Below, piece by piece: positions 12,477-25,575 of a stretch of DNA of 64,000 nucleotides. The notes below the pieces were generated by a model. That model did not search any database, had not been told where the DNA came from, and saw nothing but the letters and a program-made list of their open reading frames with translations. The position numbers and the translations under genes were made by a program. Position 1 is the first letter of the stretch. Each line of letters starts with the position of its first letter. Source of the DNA: Carcharhinus amblyrhynchos (Eukaryota); the NCBI GenBank assembly GCA_965287045.1, contig OZ336880.1:6572001-6636000 (forward strand), given 5' to 3'.

Positions 12477-14030
12477 CTGAAGGGAAATTATAAAAATATA
12501 TTATCGAGAATCATTTCAGATAAACATTAGCACTGTATCAGTATAAATAAACTGTCCCAAAAGAGCTCCCTATTGACTTGTCCTAGTTGTATTGGAATGA
12601 AAATGAAGCCCAAAGACAGGTCTTACTGGTAGCGTACAACTGCTCTACTTTTCTGAAGCAACATTACATTTACTGCTCGTACTACTAGTTACACTGCAAC
12701 TTTGCATGTAAAAACAAAAGCACAAAGTTTGCATTTAGCTTCCAAATAAAGCCACCCAAAATTCATGACATTTGTCATGCTTATTGTGAGGCTGCCTTCT
12801 TAACTGCACTGTTCAAGTGAAGATTTACAGGTGCCCCTTTCAAATGTTTCTCATCTTCAAACGTTTAGTTTCCCTGTTGGATCAAACTGCAGAAATCACT
12901 CTCTCTCCAGTTCTTGCCAAAAACATTCTTCGATAATAAACCAAAGCAATAAGTGCCGGATGGAAATCAAACAATCAAGTTCAATTCGATCCACATAATA
13001 TACTTCCAGCAATGGGAACTCTGACTGATTCTTTCCTCTCTACCAGCAGGACACCAGTCAATAGTAGCATCCACAATAGCCCATAGCAAAGGTCAACTCA
13101 TACTCAGATTGAGAACCAAATTGCTTTCCTACAGCATGCCATCGGGGGTAGAAATTTCCTTCAAATATAAGTGACAGAACAGGAAATGCAGAAAGGATAC
13201 AAAGCCAAAAGAAAAGCAATTCTAAAAGATGTATCACCAGAATGGAGCATGCCCAGATGAATTGGCTAACAGGAGAACACATGAGTGAGAAAACTAAAAC
13301 TGATGCTTAAAGATAGTACAATGAGAGGAAGAGAAAAAGGGGTGCAAGGTAAGAATAACACACATCCAATCCCACAATGGAATCTCTAATAAAACATAGG
13401 CATAACAAGAACAATTGAACTGTCAAAAATTTATGTAGCGATAATTAGGGAGTACTGATCATAATTACCAAACTCCTGAGACAGTAATTACTTGTCAATC
13501 TCAAGAAGACTCCTTACAATGAAACTGAAATATATACAGTACAAGAGCAGGAAGCTCATAAAAACCAAGACAACCTGACATTGCATCTTGCCAGATGCTT
13601 AAAGTCATTTTTCTTTTTGATCTTCACGTAACTACTTGCCCTCCCCTCACCCCATAATCAAGCACATGGTTGCATGTGCACTTTTCTAGTGCATGGAAGA
13701 TGCAATGATTATTGAATCTGGAGGCATTCCAAGTGAATTGAAAGATGCAAAATCCCTCAGCCTTTAAGGACTCTTAATAGTTGTGATCTCTTAGGTTAGG
13801 GACAATACCATCAAGTCTAGTTTAGTATTGTACGGCGCAGGATGAGAAACTTCACAATTTGCAAACAGATAATTCTTTGAAAGATACACAACATAAATTC
13901 ATTTCCAGTGTATTGTCAAAGATATTTGCCATTGCATCCAACTGAATGCATACTGTAATATTACTGCATTTTTAATTTGAAACGTTTGTCTCAAGTGCTC
14001 TTACTGAAACAAACAACACACAAGATTTAC

Positions 14031-14142
14031 CACTAAGCTCTTCATGATTGGTCCTCGATCTTTCTAGCTGTGACCAAAGGTGGACAATCTCTTGCTCAGA
14101 ACGCAATTTAAATTCATCATAGGTCGCCTGCAATTTTTCCAT
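14031..14142 (-). CDS. PCNT: PCNT exon (112 bp, 0-1): MEKLQATYDEFK...LWSQLERSRTNHEELS
   Basis: Acceptor ttttatttgacag, donor G|gtaaat; matches human ENLQASYEDLK...LWSQLDSARTSRQELS. Confidence 0.92.
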
Positions 14143-15039
14143 CTGTCAAATAAAAACAAGGCACAGTATGTCTCAGCGGAGTCTGAATCATACACTTACA
14201 GCCTCTTATTACAGACCCACTGCGAGGAAAACCAGTCCCTAAGTTACTAATACTAAGGAATTTGCTCCCATATATATAAGCAGGGTGGATTTCACAGCAC
14301 GAGAGATTCACACAATAGCAAGTAAACAGTTAATTTACATTTGTGATTCCTGGGTTTCACCAATGATGGGAAAAGACCTAGGAAGAGAGGAAAACTAGTT
14401 TCCAAAAAGATGGTGACCATGTTTGTATTTAATATTGAGAGTAAAACAATCTGTGGAGATATTGGTAAAAATCAACCATTTAAGCAAATGCAGACTCCTC
14501 CAAGATGTCAGGGCTACTTCAATTACTTGACAATGCAATTATCACTGAGGCTGTTCATTTGCCCACTGCAGCTATATAAATTTGAACTGAAAGGGCTCAA
14601 ATAACATGACCTTAAGGTCAAACATAATAATTCCAGAACAAATGCAGAAAATCAAATTGTCATGGTTGAGCTATGAAGGCTGGAGAGAAGAGACATGTTG
14701 AAAAAGCACCAACTCCTCTACTCTACCACCTCCAACTCTTCAACAATATCAGTATGACACTGGAATCATGTCGGTCCACAAAACGCTCCAGTCTGATCCC
14801 ATGGTTACAAGGCCAATAGCCACTTGGGGGAGAAACAAAACACAGAATTTTTGCTAGCACGATAAGAAAAATCAAAGGCAACATGCTATATTAAGCTTCA
14901 AAACTTCATCTGGTTGGGAATGCCTCACCTGGAACTATTTCAGAAAAATCATCTGAAATGGCTTCTCTTCCTACATCAGTACTTTTAAAAATCTCCTACA
15001 AATATAATCTTGGTCCACCATTTTGCCATGTTTCAAAAA

Positions 15040-15635
15040 CAGGTCAGGTTTTACTTGATAATATTCAGTTCAACTTTGATGCCACTTCTCTCAGTCCACT
15101 GGTCGCAGTTGGCATCATTATCTGCCTGGGCTCATCGCCACGTAGCACTTGCCCAGGCCCATTACCTTGGGAACAATCCGCTTCCAATGTGCTCTGTGAT
15201 CTCACCATACACCATCTGCAAACTTGAGCTTATCCAGAACGCTGATGTGTGGGGCTCATCAATCCTACGCTCACTACCTCAGCCCCCCAGTCAGACAGTG
15301 CTTTGTTTTTAAAATTATTATGCGTGTTTAAGAATCCCTTTAGCTCAGCAATTGCCTCCCCAAATCTCTCCATGTTTATGCCTCTTCACCTTTAAGAAGG
15401 TCCTTGAAACCAACTTCTTTGACCAAGCTTTTGGTTACTTCCTTTAATATCTCCTTACATGGCTTGATGTTAAATTATGTTTGTTAACACCCTTTGATCA
15501 GGTGAGTAGCCTGAAGAAGGAACAGCTCTCCGAAAGCTCATGATGCCAAATAAACCCACTGGACTTTAACCTGGTGTTGTGAAACTTCTTACTATGCACA
15601 ATGACAATAAAGTGCAATATAAGTGCAAGCTTTTA
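15040..15635 (+). mobile_element. Decayed L2-type LINE 3' fragment interrupted by a 108-bp copied segment
   Basis: cttgaaaccaacttctttgaccaagcttttggt...atataagtgcaagc L2-type tail. Confidence 0.6.
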
Positions 15636-15775
15636 TGCAATACCCATGGGAGGACCTGGCTTGCTGTCTGGTGATATCTGAAAATGAATACTGAGGTACG
15701 TAGAAAAGGAGGTATCACAAGCCATGCGCCAAAGTTAAAACAAGGTTGCCAAACACATTAATAAATTCTACTCAC

Positions 15776-15909
15776 TGCTGCACAATGCTCCTTCTCTTTT
15801 TCATTAAGTTCCTTCATCAGCTCCTGCTTCTGTTGGCATTCCAATTGAATCTGTTCCTGAAGTTTTGCCACATTGGACTGGTGGAGATTCCCTAAGTTCT
15901 GACGCTCAT
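15776..15909 (-). CDS. PCNT: PCNT exon (134 bp, 1-0): (N)ERQNLGNLHQSNVAKLQEQ...EHCAA
   Basis: Acceptor ttctgttatag, donor GCA|gtgagt. Confidence 0.88.
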
Positions 15910-16100
15910 CTATAACAGAACAAGATCATGGAAATTTCACTCCATTATTTTCTGAACACTTATATGGCTTCATAAGCATTTGGAAATTAAAAAGTAAATC
16001 ACATTGATAAAGGATCCATCAGGTTTGGAGCTGGACACATAGGAGCACGTTGTGATGAGTAGTGATGCTCACTTTCTAACTGCACATTTTAAGCCATGAG

Positions 16101-16275
16101 GTGGAGATGCCAGCATTGGACTGGGGTAGGCACAATAAGAAGTCTCACACTACCAGGCTAAAGTACCTGATCAGGTGAGTAGCCTGAAGAAGGAACAGCT
16201 CTCCAAAAGCTCATGATCCCAAATAAACCCACTGGACTTTAACCTGGTGTTGTGAGACTTCTTACTATGCACAAT
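16101..16275. mobile_element. Short Penelope-like remnant with inverted pLTR arms
   Basis: 16130-16167 gcacaataagaagtctcacactaccaggctaaagtacc is approximately the reverse complement of 16234-16270 ggactttaacctggtgttgtgagacttcttactatgc. Confidence 0.7.
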
Positions 16276-17277
16276 TTAGGAATGCACGGTGACAATGCTG
16301 TTACTCAAAACGGAAGTTGCTCTATCCTTAAGAACCATCATTACTTGGATGACGACAAAATAAACAACTATATGACTATTACAATAGATGCAGTAGAAAA
16401 TGAAAAAAAACTAGCTGCAGGTTACATGAAGCGAATAAATAAGTTAGACGACTCAGTCTGCTCACTGTAATAAATTTTTTGGACTTTCATTCAAAGTAAA
16501 CAATATACAAGCGAATAGGTGCAAGCAGCAAACAGTAGGAAAAGAAGTGAATCCCAATTGCATTCCACAGATAACAATTCTACACTCAGAAGACGACTTT
16601 AGAAGAGAGTGCTTGATAAAGAATACCACTACTTTAGTCCACATCTTTATTGAGAAAATTGGGTAAAAAAAATCAAAACTCATCAAAAAACATGGGAGCA
16701 AAGCCAAGAAAAGGCTAAAATCAAATAGATTTAGTTAGCTAATGTCAATCTTCCGCTGTAAAAGCATGCACATTTGGACAGATTGAAGAAAGGGAGGAGT
16801 GCAGAGCTCTGGAGGTCCTAGCTCAGAGGAATGACAATGTGCCCGGTTTCAACAAAAGGATGAAAGGAGGAAGAAAGAAGAAACCTGGGGAAGAAAGACT
16901 TGGATTTCTTTGTTAGCAACACATCAGTTTTAAACAGAATCAAATATAAATACAGCCAAAAATGTTGTGATTTTCTACTTCATGTACAGTAATAGTCATT
17001 TAGTTGTTTACTTTGTAGTTATCCAAGTAATGATGGTTCTGAAGAATGGAACATGTTCCATTTTGGGTAACAGCATTGTCATTGTGCATTAAATTCTATG
17101 CATCATCTAAACAGGTTTCTAAAATACCTGTTTGCTGAAAGCTGGTCAATTATCCACCCCAATACATAAGTTAAGATGCAGAAAATTATCTTTTGATATT
17201 TTAATGACAAAATCTCAGTATTATTCAAGTAGACAGAATAACTGAACTATTTTTCTGTATTATATTACTTTGAGACA

Positions 17278-17650
17278 TACAGATGCCTCAGAAGAATCCT
17301 TAGGATACACTGGCCGAATACCATCAATAATGTTCGGCTATGGGAGGAGACAAAACAAGAGCCAATGATCTTCCAAATCAAAAAAGTGAAAGTGGAATCA
17401 GACGGGCGATACTTTGAGAAACGGCTTTGAGAAAGCCGTGGAACAACATGATGTGGCAAGCTCTCACACAAAACCTGCAGGGAAAGAGAATGCAAGACTA
17501 ACCAAGAAACATATGAGGTGAGATACAGAAAAGGAGGTGAGAGCCAAGGGCTATACATGGCAACAACTAGAGAGTTTGGCCCAGAACAGGATTAGATGGA
17601 GAGAATTTGTCCATGGCCTATAATCTGTCAAGGGGTGAAAAGGTTAAGAA
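17278..17650 (+). mobile_element. RTE-clade LINE 3' fragment
   Basis: Translates with frameshifts as RCLRRILRIHWPNTINNVRLWEETKQEP...GYTWQQLESLAQNRIRWREFVHGL*, a typical RTE C-terminus. Confidence 0.8.
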
Positions 17651-18324
17651 GCATCACACTCATTCCATAATCACAATGTCATCCCAAAACAAATCTCTGA
17701 TTTATCAGTTGGGAACTTGGAAATACCTTTAACTATTTATCAAGAAAAACTTTTCCACTTGAACAGTTAATTATATACACACTTCCTGCCAACAATTAGA
17801 TTGCCTCCCTTCAGTAAAGTCTCAGTGATCTACACAGACTCAAACACACCTACGTATACACCTCTGGGCATATAGCTGATGCCTTTCCCTTGTGCCCACT
17901 CACCAACAGGTGATAATGGCAGTCAAAAGAGCCAAATAGCTTGGTTCTGTCATTTGTCAATCGGCTATAATTTATTGCATTGGAACATTTGAAAGTCAGA
18001 GTGATTACAGCACAGAAGGGGACAAAATCAAGTCCATGCCAGCCGTCTGTAGGGCAATTCACTCAAGTTTCATTCTCCCACTTCATCTCCGTAAGTGACC
18101 TCCCAATTTCATTTTGAAATCATTGACCATCTCCACTTCTACCATTTTCATGGCAAGTTCCAGGTGATTATCACTTGCTATGTAAAACCTCCTTCTTCAC
18201 ATTCTTCAAGCATCTCTTACCCAAACCCTTAAATCTGTGCCCCCTAGTCTTGCAACATCAGTTAATGGGAACAGTTTTTCCTTGTCTACGTTATCCAAAT
18301 CTGTCACAATAGTGTATGCTTAAT

Positions 18325-18665
18325 GATAGTGATGTACAAGTAATGGACCAGTAATAGAAAGCCAAAGGAGCTGTGTTCCAATCGCACCACAGTAGCTGGT
18401 GAAATTTAATAAATCTGGAAAATAAAGCTAATCTTCGCAATGATGACCATAAAACTATTGCCGACTGTTATAAAAACCCATCTGATTCATTGATAACTTT
18501 CAGGGAAGAAAATCTGTTGTCCTTATCTGGTCTGGCCTACATATGACTCCAAACCCACAGCTTAACTGCCCTCTGAAATGTTTTAGCAAGCCACTGAAGG
18601 GAAATTAGGGATGGACAACAAATATTGGCCTTGCAGCAACACCCACATCCCATGATAGGATAAAA
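18325..18665 (+). mobile_element. tRNA-derived SINE (1145 family) nested in a minus-strand CR1 fragment (about 18060-18860)
   Basis: cccatctgattcattgataactttcagggaagaaaatctg...attagggatggacaacaaatattggcc. Confidence 0.7.
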
Positions 18666-18899
18666 TAAGAATCTCCATCAAATTCCCCCTCAATCTTCTT
18701 TGCAGAACAACTCAAGCTTCTCCAACTTCACTATGAAGCTCAATTCCCTCATTTCTGGAACCATTCTATAAAACTCTGCAGCTTTCAAGGACCTTTGCAT
18801 CCTTGCTAAAATGTTGTGACCAGAACTAGATGCAATACAACCAGAGTTTTATAAAGATTCTGCATATTTTTAAAAAATAGCAAGGAAATCAAATGTCAG

Positions 18900-21265
18900 A
18901 AAGTGGGAGAAAATTAAATAATCTATTTGGTTGGGGGGGTTGAGAACAATGAAGGAGTTACTGCACTACTTGATATATTTTGTGGACCAAAATATAGGAA
19001 AGAGATAGTGGAGCAGATTGTCAAGAAATTACTGAAAGGTAAATGAACTGCGGAGTAGACTTTAATGTTCAATGCAACAATTAAAGTGTTAAGGACAGGG
19101 AAATTTATAAAAGTATGTTCGAGAGAATTTTCTTGATAACATGTTTCCTACTCAACAAGGAAGCAGGCTTTACTGAATCTAGTCCTGGGGAATGCAGTGG
19201 ATCAAATGGAGAATGTCATAGTCAGGGAGCACCCCAGAAATAGTGATCATATCATTGAGCAATTTAGATTAGTTGTAGAGCTGAATAAAAGAGAAATCTA
19301 GAATAAAAATACAAAACTGAAGGAGGGCTAATTAAGGAGAAATCTGGCCCAGTAAACTGGAGTCGAAGACGAATCTGCAGAATTGTAACACAATACAGCA
19401 CAGCTTTTAAAGTAATGGACATTCCTACAAAGGAGAAAGGGAGTGCAACAAAAGTCAGAGTCAGCTGGATGAATGATTTAAAAAGCAGTATGCAGCAGAA
19501 AAAAAAGGGAGCAATGACATAGAGAAGTAAAAAAGGAAAGTGGGGGGAAGAGACAATAAGGAAACACATTTTATTCCCTTTTATGTTAGCTTTTAAAGGT
19601 CTTCTGTGAGGAGAACACCAAAAAGAGGGATGAAGATGGAGATCTATTTTAGAAATATTAATTGAGTACTTAGCATGTGTTTACCAAGGAAGAGGACTTG
19701 GTCAAAAATATAGAAAACACGGAGGATGCTGGAATACTGGACGTGATTAAAAATAAAGAGGTGCTGGAAAGGCTACTTAAAATGGGCAAGTCATTTCCTC
19801 CAGGTGGGATATCATCCTGGCTTACTGAAGGAAGCAAGCATAGAAATTATCGAAGGTACCGGTCACAATCTTCCGACAATTCCAATTTTCCAATCTGGAT
19901 AGATTAATACCGAAGAATTAGTGAATTGCAAATATTAAATCCTTGTTCAAAACGGGAGAAGGATAGACCTAACAATTAGCCAGTTTAGCATTAGTACTGG
20001 GAAAACTTTTAGGAATAACAATTAATTAGGCAAGGGAGTGTGGCAACTACGGGAATTTCACAATAACTTAATTGCAGTAAGCCTTACTTGTGACTAATAA
20101 ATAAACTTTACTTTTACTTTAACAGCCACATGGACTAGCATAACTAAAGAAAGGGCATGGATTATAAACAGCAAATCACGTCTGACCAGTTTGACCAAGT
20201 TCTTTTGATGAAGTAAGAGGGTGAGTGAGGACAATGCACTTGAAGTTGGATATACGGACTTCCAAAAGATGTCTGATAAAATACCACAAATGTTTGTTAG
20301 CAAACTTGACACCCTTGTGATAATAAAGGGCAGTCACAGCTAGATAAAAAATGGCAAAAGAATAACAGTGAGTTGTGACTGGTTCTCAGACACGCAACTT
20401 CAATGTTGGGGTAGTGCACACAACTTCAAAGTTTGCCAATGACAGAAAGTTTGGAGGTCTAGTAAACAATGAAAAAGACAGTTAAAAAACTTCATGAGGC
20501 ATATAGAATGAAAGGAAAGACGGCAGGTGCAATTCAGCATAAATTCACTGTGGTAGAGAAAAGGAGGAGAGATGATTGAAACTCAAATGTACAATTTTAA
20601 AGGGGATACACGAATATTGGCAAGACTTGGCCATGTCTGTGCACAAATGTTTGATGGAGGCAGAACACATTAATGAAGTATTTGGGGATCCTAGGATTTA
20701 CAATTTGAGGCATGGAGTACCGGAAGTTATGCTGCTCCTAACATTAAATAAGAATTTGGCCCCAGCTAGAGCATTGTGTCCAATTTGAGGCACCACACTT
20801 CAGGAAGCATGTGAAGGCTTTGGCGAAGGTGCAGAGGGATTTACAAGGATTCCAAAAATGAGGGATTTTAGTTCTGTGAAGGAACTGGAGTTATTCTCCT
20901 CAAAGCAGAGGAAACCAAGAGGAGATTTGGCAGATACTTTTACTTAATTTATCTAAATTTCCTAATTTTAAAAATGTTTCCAATGGTTGAAGAATTAATA
21001 AGCAAAGGGCAGAATTTTTGTCATGCTAACAACAAAAACTATAAAAAATTATGGCACTAGGGGAAACATTTTTACGGTTTGGATTTGGGATGCACTTCCT
21101 GCTAGGGAAGCAGATAGATTCTATAGGAGCACTCCAAAAAGAATTCAACAAATAGTTGAAGAAAAAGCAGAGATACGGGGAAAATAACTGCAGGGTCTTT
21201 GAAAGAGCCACCACAGACTCATTAGGCCAACAGGCTGCTCCTATGCTGTACTATAATACGATGAT
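18900..21265 (+). mobile_element. Long, highly decayed CR1 ORF2 (endonuclease through RT and 3' UTR)
   Basis: Remnants of S-D-H, C-x-F-T-K-E, D-F-Q-K-x-x-D-K and K-F-A-N-D motifs; CR1 tail at about 21220-21265. Confidence 0.75.
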
Positions 21266-21435
21266 TCCCTAATGATTCAGTTCTTGCACAGTTCCTTACA
21301 ATAACAAGCTTGCACATAGAATATTCAGCACAGAAACAGGTTATTCTGCCCAAAAGGTTCATACTGATGTTTCTGCCCCATTTGAGCTTCCTCCCATCCA
21401 TCCTCATCTAACTTATCAGCATGATTTACTCTTAC

Positions 21436-21610
21436 TTTTCTCAGTTGCTTGGCGTTCCTCTATTTCATTATGGATTGCTCCAAGCTCATTCTGTAGCTTC
21501 TCCACCTTTCTGCCCCATTCATCCAGCTCGGCTTGATGCTGTGCAGACATGGCCTGTTCCTGCTTCTCAAAGCGCTGCCTGCACTCTTCCTCCCATTCCT
21601 TTTGCATGTT
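21436..21610 (-). CDS. PCNT: PCNT exon (175 bp, 0-1): NMQKEWEEEC...QATEK
   Basis: Acceptor actttaacag, donor A|gtaaga. Confidence 0.9.
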
Positions 21611-21774
21611 CTGTTAAAGTAAAACAAGTTGATGTTCACCATTATGCCACACTAATAAATGCACTGTACAAAATGCAAGTTAACGTTAAGAATCTGGGTA
21701 TGTTTTGCTATAAGGGCAATATCAATAAAAACATTTCTGACACCAAGTCATAGGAGGAACTATCAGTTCAGATG

Positions 21775-22255
21775 TGCAAAAGTTTGGTCAAGGTTTTAGA
21801 GAGCATTTTGAAGTAGAAAAGACAGAAATAGAGAAGGAAAAGATTTAAAGTGGGAATTCTGGAATTTGGGTAGCTGAAAGCAAAGCTACCAATGGTGGAG
21901 CGATTAAAATCAGGGATGCACAAGAGGCCAGGAGTGCAGAGATCCCAAGGTTGCAGGGCTGGAGGGAAGTAAGAAATACGGAGAGGCAAGGGGTTTGAAA
22001 ACAATGAGTGGCATTTTAAAATTGAGGTGTTGTCACAGCAGCAGCCAGCGCAGCTCAAGAAAGCACAGGGATGATAGGTGAATGAGGTTTGGCAAAAGCT
22101 AAGATACAGGCTGCAGAGATTTTTATGCTGGTCTATGTAGGATGGAAGATGAGAGACTTGGCAGAACAATAGTAGAATAACTGAGTCTGGAGGCAGCAAA
22201 GGCATGGATGAAGGTGATAGCAGCAGCTAAGGTCTGTTGAGTCATGTTATGGAAA
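21775..22255 (-). mobile_element. L2-type LINE fragment
   Basis: aaaagtttggtcaaggtttta..., ccaatggtggagcgattaaaatcagggatgcacaagaggccag; same family at 27385 and 46160. Confidence 0.65.
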
Positions 22256-22744
22256 TAAGAGCAACTTCAGTCCCTACATGGATACAGAAACCCTATTGCT
22301 CAGTTTAAAAGTTTTCAGTAGTATTAATAAGCAATAGAGAACACTGACAAATCCTTTAATTAATAACAGACACATGGACAATGCAGTAGGCACACTGCCG
22401 CATTTAACAAAACTCTTCAGTTTAATCACATAGGGGTTAAATAACTAGATTTAGAAACAAGGACACATTTTGAACAAGTGAATCTACTTTTAAATCAAAA
22501 CCAAATGCAATAATTCAAAAGCAGGCTAATTATGTTGTGAGAAGATCCATTAAACAACCCAAATATCAGGTAAATGTTATTTGGAAGTCTTTTTTTTACA
22601 ATACTGCACTTTAAAATTCCTGTCTAACATTACACAAGGACAATTGGTGTGCAACATCATGCATAATAAAAATTAAAATTTTTGAACTGATTTCATTTAT
22701 TTAGGTTTTATTTTACCTCTCTTTGATTTGTCTGATATCCAATT

Positions 22745-23140
22745 ATCTCATTCCCAGAGTATTGCTGCGAGTTCCTCAGGATAGTGTCCTAAACCCAAAC
22801 ATCTTCAGCATCTTCATCTTAAAGGCTGAAGCTGGGATGCTAACTGATGATTGGATAACATTGAATACCATTTGCAACACCTCAGATACTGAAGTCATCA
22901 GTGCCCACATTCATTAAGATTGGACAACATTCAGGCTTGAGCTGATAATGTTCATAGGCAATGGCCATCTCCGACAAGAGAAAATCCAACCATACGCCCT
23001 TGACATTTAATGGCATTACCGTCACCAAATTCCACAGTAACAACATTTTGGGGATTACCATTGACCAAAAGTTGGGAGATCTGCAGCAAGTAGTTCACCT
23101 CCTGCTTCCCCAAAGTTTGTCCACCACCTATGAAGCACAA
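22745..23140 (+). mobile_element. RT fragment of a second CR1/L2-group LINE family
   Basis: VPQDSVLNPNIFS...GMLTDD, decayed from GVPQGSVLGP...FADD. Confidence 0.75.
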
Positions 23141-23141
23141 G

Positions 23142-23710
23142 TCATAGAATCATAAACACCTACAGTGCAGAAGGAGGCCATTCAGCCCATCAATTCTGCA
23201 TTGACAACAATCCTACCCAGGCCCTATCCAGTCACCCTACATATTTACCCTGTTAATCCCTTTAAACTACACATGTTATTAAATGTCAAGGGCAGATGGT
23301 TGGATTTTCTCTTGTTGGAGATGGTCATTGCCCATGAGCGTTATCAGCCCAAGCCTGAATGTTGTCCAAATCTTAATGAATGTGAGCACTGACTGATTCA
23401 GTATCTGAGGTGTTGCAAATGGTACTAAACATTGACCAATCATCAGTTAGCATCCCAGCTTCAGCCTTTAAGATGAAGATGCTGAACATGTTTGGATTTA
23501 GGACATACTCTGAGGAACTCACAGGACACTAAGGGACAATATAGCATAACCAACCTAACCCACACATCTTTGGAGCGTGGGAGGAAGCCAAAGCAGACAT
23601 GGGGAGAATGTGCAAACTCCACCCAGACAGTGACCCAAGCCGAGAATCGAACGTAGATCCCTGGAGCTGAGAGAGAGCAGTGCTAATCACGGTGCCACTG
23701 TGTCACCCTC
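23142..23710 (-). mobile_element. HE1-like V-SINE split by an inverted insertion at 23278-23520
   Basis: Tail catagaatcata...cagaaggaggccattcagccc; V-domain ggggagaatgtgcaaactcc; tRNA head at about 23640-23710. Confidence 0.85.
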
Positions 23711-23789
23711 ATTTTGGATGCCAAACCAAAACAAACATCATCGCAGCAACTACTTAAAGTATCAATATTCAAAATTCTAGGAAATAAAG

Positions 23790-24290
23790 ACCTCAGTCAC
23801 TCAATTCTCCCCTTACAGATCAATCCTTTCATTCCAGGAATCAATCCAGAGGACTTTCATTGAACTCTGCTTCCAAAGTAAGTACATCCTGCCTTAGGAA
23901 CAAGACCAAAGCCATAAACAGTTTTCCAGTTGTGGTCTCGCCAAGCCCCTATATGATATGATTCTTCACTGCAAATTCCAATCCCTTTTAAAGGCTTACA
24001 TACCATTTACCTACCTAATTATTTCTTGTACCTGCATGTCAACTTTCATTTGTGCACATGGTAACTCAGGTCACTCTGAATACCAACATTTCCCAGTATC
24101 ACATTATTTAATAAATCTTGCTTTGCTATTTTTCTTACCAAAGTGAATAATTTCATGCTTCCCACATTGTATTCCACCTGTCTTGGTTTGGCCCACTCGC
24201 TCAACCTATCCACATCCTCTGAATCCCCTTCTCAGGGTACTTCTCCATCTAACTTTGTATTGTCAGCAAATGTAGATACATTACACATCT
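23790..24290 (-). mobile_element. Decayed CR1 fragment
   Basis: ctttgtattgtcagcaaatgt is antisense of F-A-D-N-T-K. Confidence 0.65.
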
Positions 24291-24329
24291 TCTAATCCTA
24301 GCCAACCACCTCTGAAGTGCAAACATAGA

Positions 24330-24650
24330 ATGAGCTTTGTACAAGATCAAGGTGGTCAGAGCATGATGGAATATTTTGCACTTACCTGATGTGGGTTGTT
24401 CCAACAACACTCAGGAAGCTCAACATCCTCCAGGATGAAGCAGCTCACTTAATTAGCACTCCCTTCACCAGCTTCAACATTCACTCTCTCCATCAACTGA
24501 GTGGTAGCATGTGGACCATACCAAAGATGCACTGCAGCAACTCAGCAACCTTCTTTAATAGAACCTTTCAAACCACAACCTCTACCATTGAGGAGGGCAA
24601 AGCAGCACGCAAACAACACAGCCTGCAAATTCCCATTCAAGTCACATTTC
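24330..24650 (+). mobile_element. 3' fragment of second LINE family
   Basis: aagctcaacatcctccagg...aagatgcactgcagcaactca, as at 59030-59170. Confidence 0.7.
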
Positions 24651-24998
24651 CATCTCTACTGTTTTATTTGATACATTTGCAAATATAATTTATAGCATAG
24701 AAACAGGCCATTTGGACCAGTCAGTCCATACCACCGTTGAATCTCTGCTCAAACTCCCCCCCATCTTTCTTATTTAATGATTAACTTAACTTATGGCAAC
24801 AACCAGAATGAATGAAGGCAAACTGAATGGAACTTCATGCTTTTTCATGTATCAGTTCTAAATTGAAATGATCGAATTTTGATCAAACCTCAGGTGATGG
24901 TCTAATGACTTTTGTTTCAGCGTACCATTGAGACAGACGTTACTTAGTTGCCGAAGAATAAACCTTTCCCAAAATTTAAATAAACGCCATTCTCATAC

Positions 24999-25078
24999 TT
25001 GCAGTTTCTTTGTTTCCTCTGCTACCGCTGTGGCCTTCAAAAGAGCAGCATCTTCTTGCAATGCCTTCCTCAGATCCT
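24999..25078 (-). CDS. PCNT: PCNT exon (80 bp, 1-0): (E)DLRKALQEDAALLK...KKLQ
   Basis: Acceptor ttttgtttccag, donor CAA|gtatga; phases bridge both neighbours. Confidence 0.85.
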
Positions 25079-25169
25079 CTGGAAACAAAAGCATGGTCAT
25101 GGAATGTCAGCTCACCTGCTACGGCTTCCTGCTCTCCCTTCAATTCTATAACGACTTAATGCAAGAGTC

Positions 25170-25575
25170 GCAGCTTAAGGGTGGCATTTTACCTGTGGGT
25201 CTGAAGGTCCCCAGCTCAAGTCTCACTCCAGAGACTTAAACCAGGCTGACACTTTAGTGCAGTACTAAAGAATGGCACTGACAGAGGTGCCACCTTTTTG
25301 GAGCCTCTTAGGTGAACACAAAGGATCTGAAGATTATTTGGCAAGAAGCAGTGGAGTTATTGACTATGACACAGCCAATATATAATCCACAACTAACATC
25401 ATTAAAACAGATTACTCATACATTATCACCCTGCTGTTTGCGGAATCCTGCTGTGCACGGAATTAGTTGCTTAACTGTTTCATAATTACAACACTGAATT
25501 CACTTCAAAAGTACTTTGAAGTGCTATGGGATGTCTTGAGGTCCTGAAGTATGCTACACAGATGCAAGTCTTTCC
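25170..25575 (+). mobile_element. Deu-domain SINE (SacSINE1/AmnSINE1-like)
   Basis: aacatcattaaaacagatta...cattatcaccctgctgtttgcggaatcctgctgtgcac...cacttcaaaagtactt...atgcaagtctttc matches the recalled Deu core and tail. Confidence 0.8.

Noticed and set aside
16290-16740. Possible additional exon or LINE endonuclease fragment
   Set aside because: No convincing motif or splice pair, and flanking exon phases already match without it.
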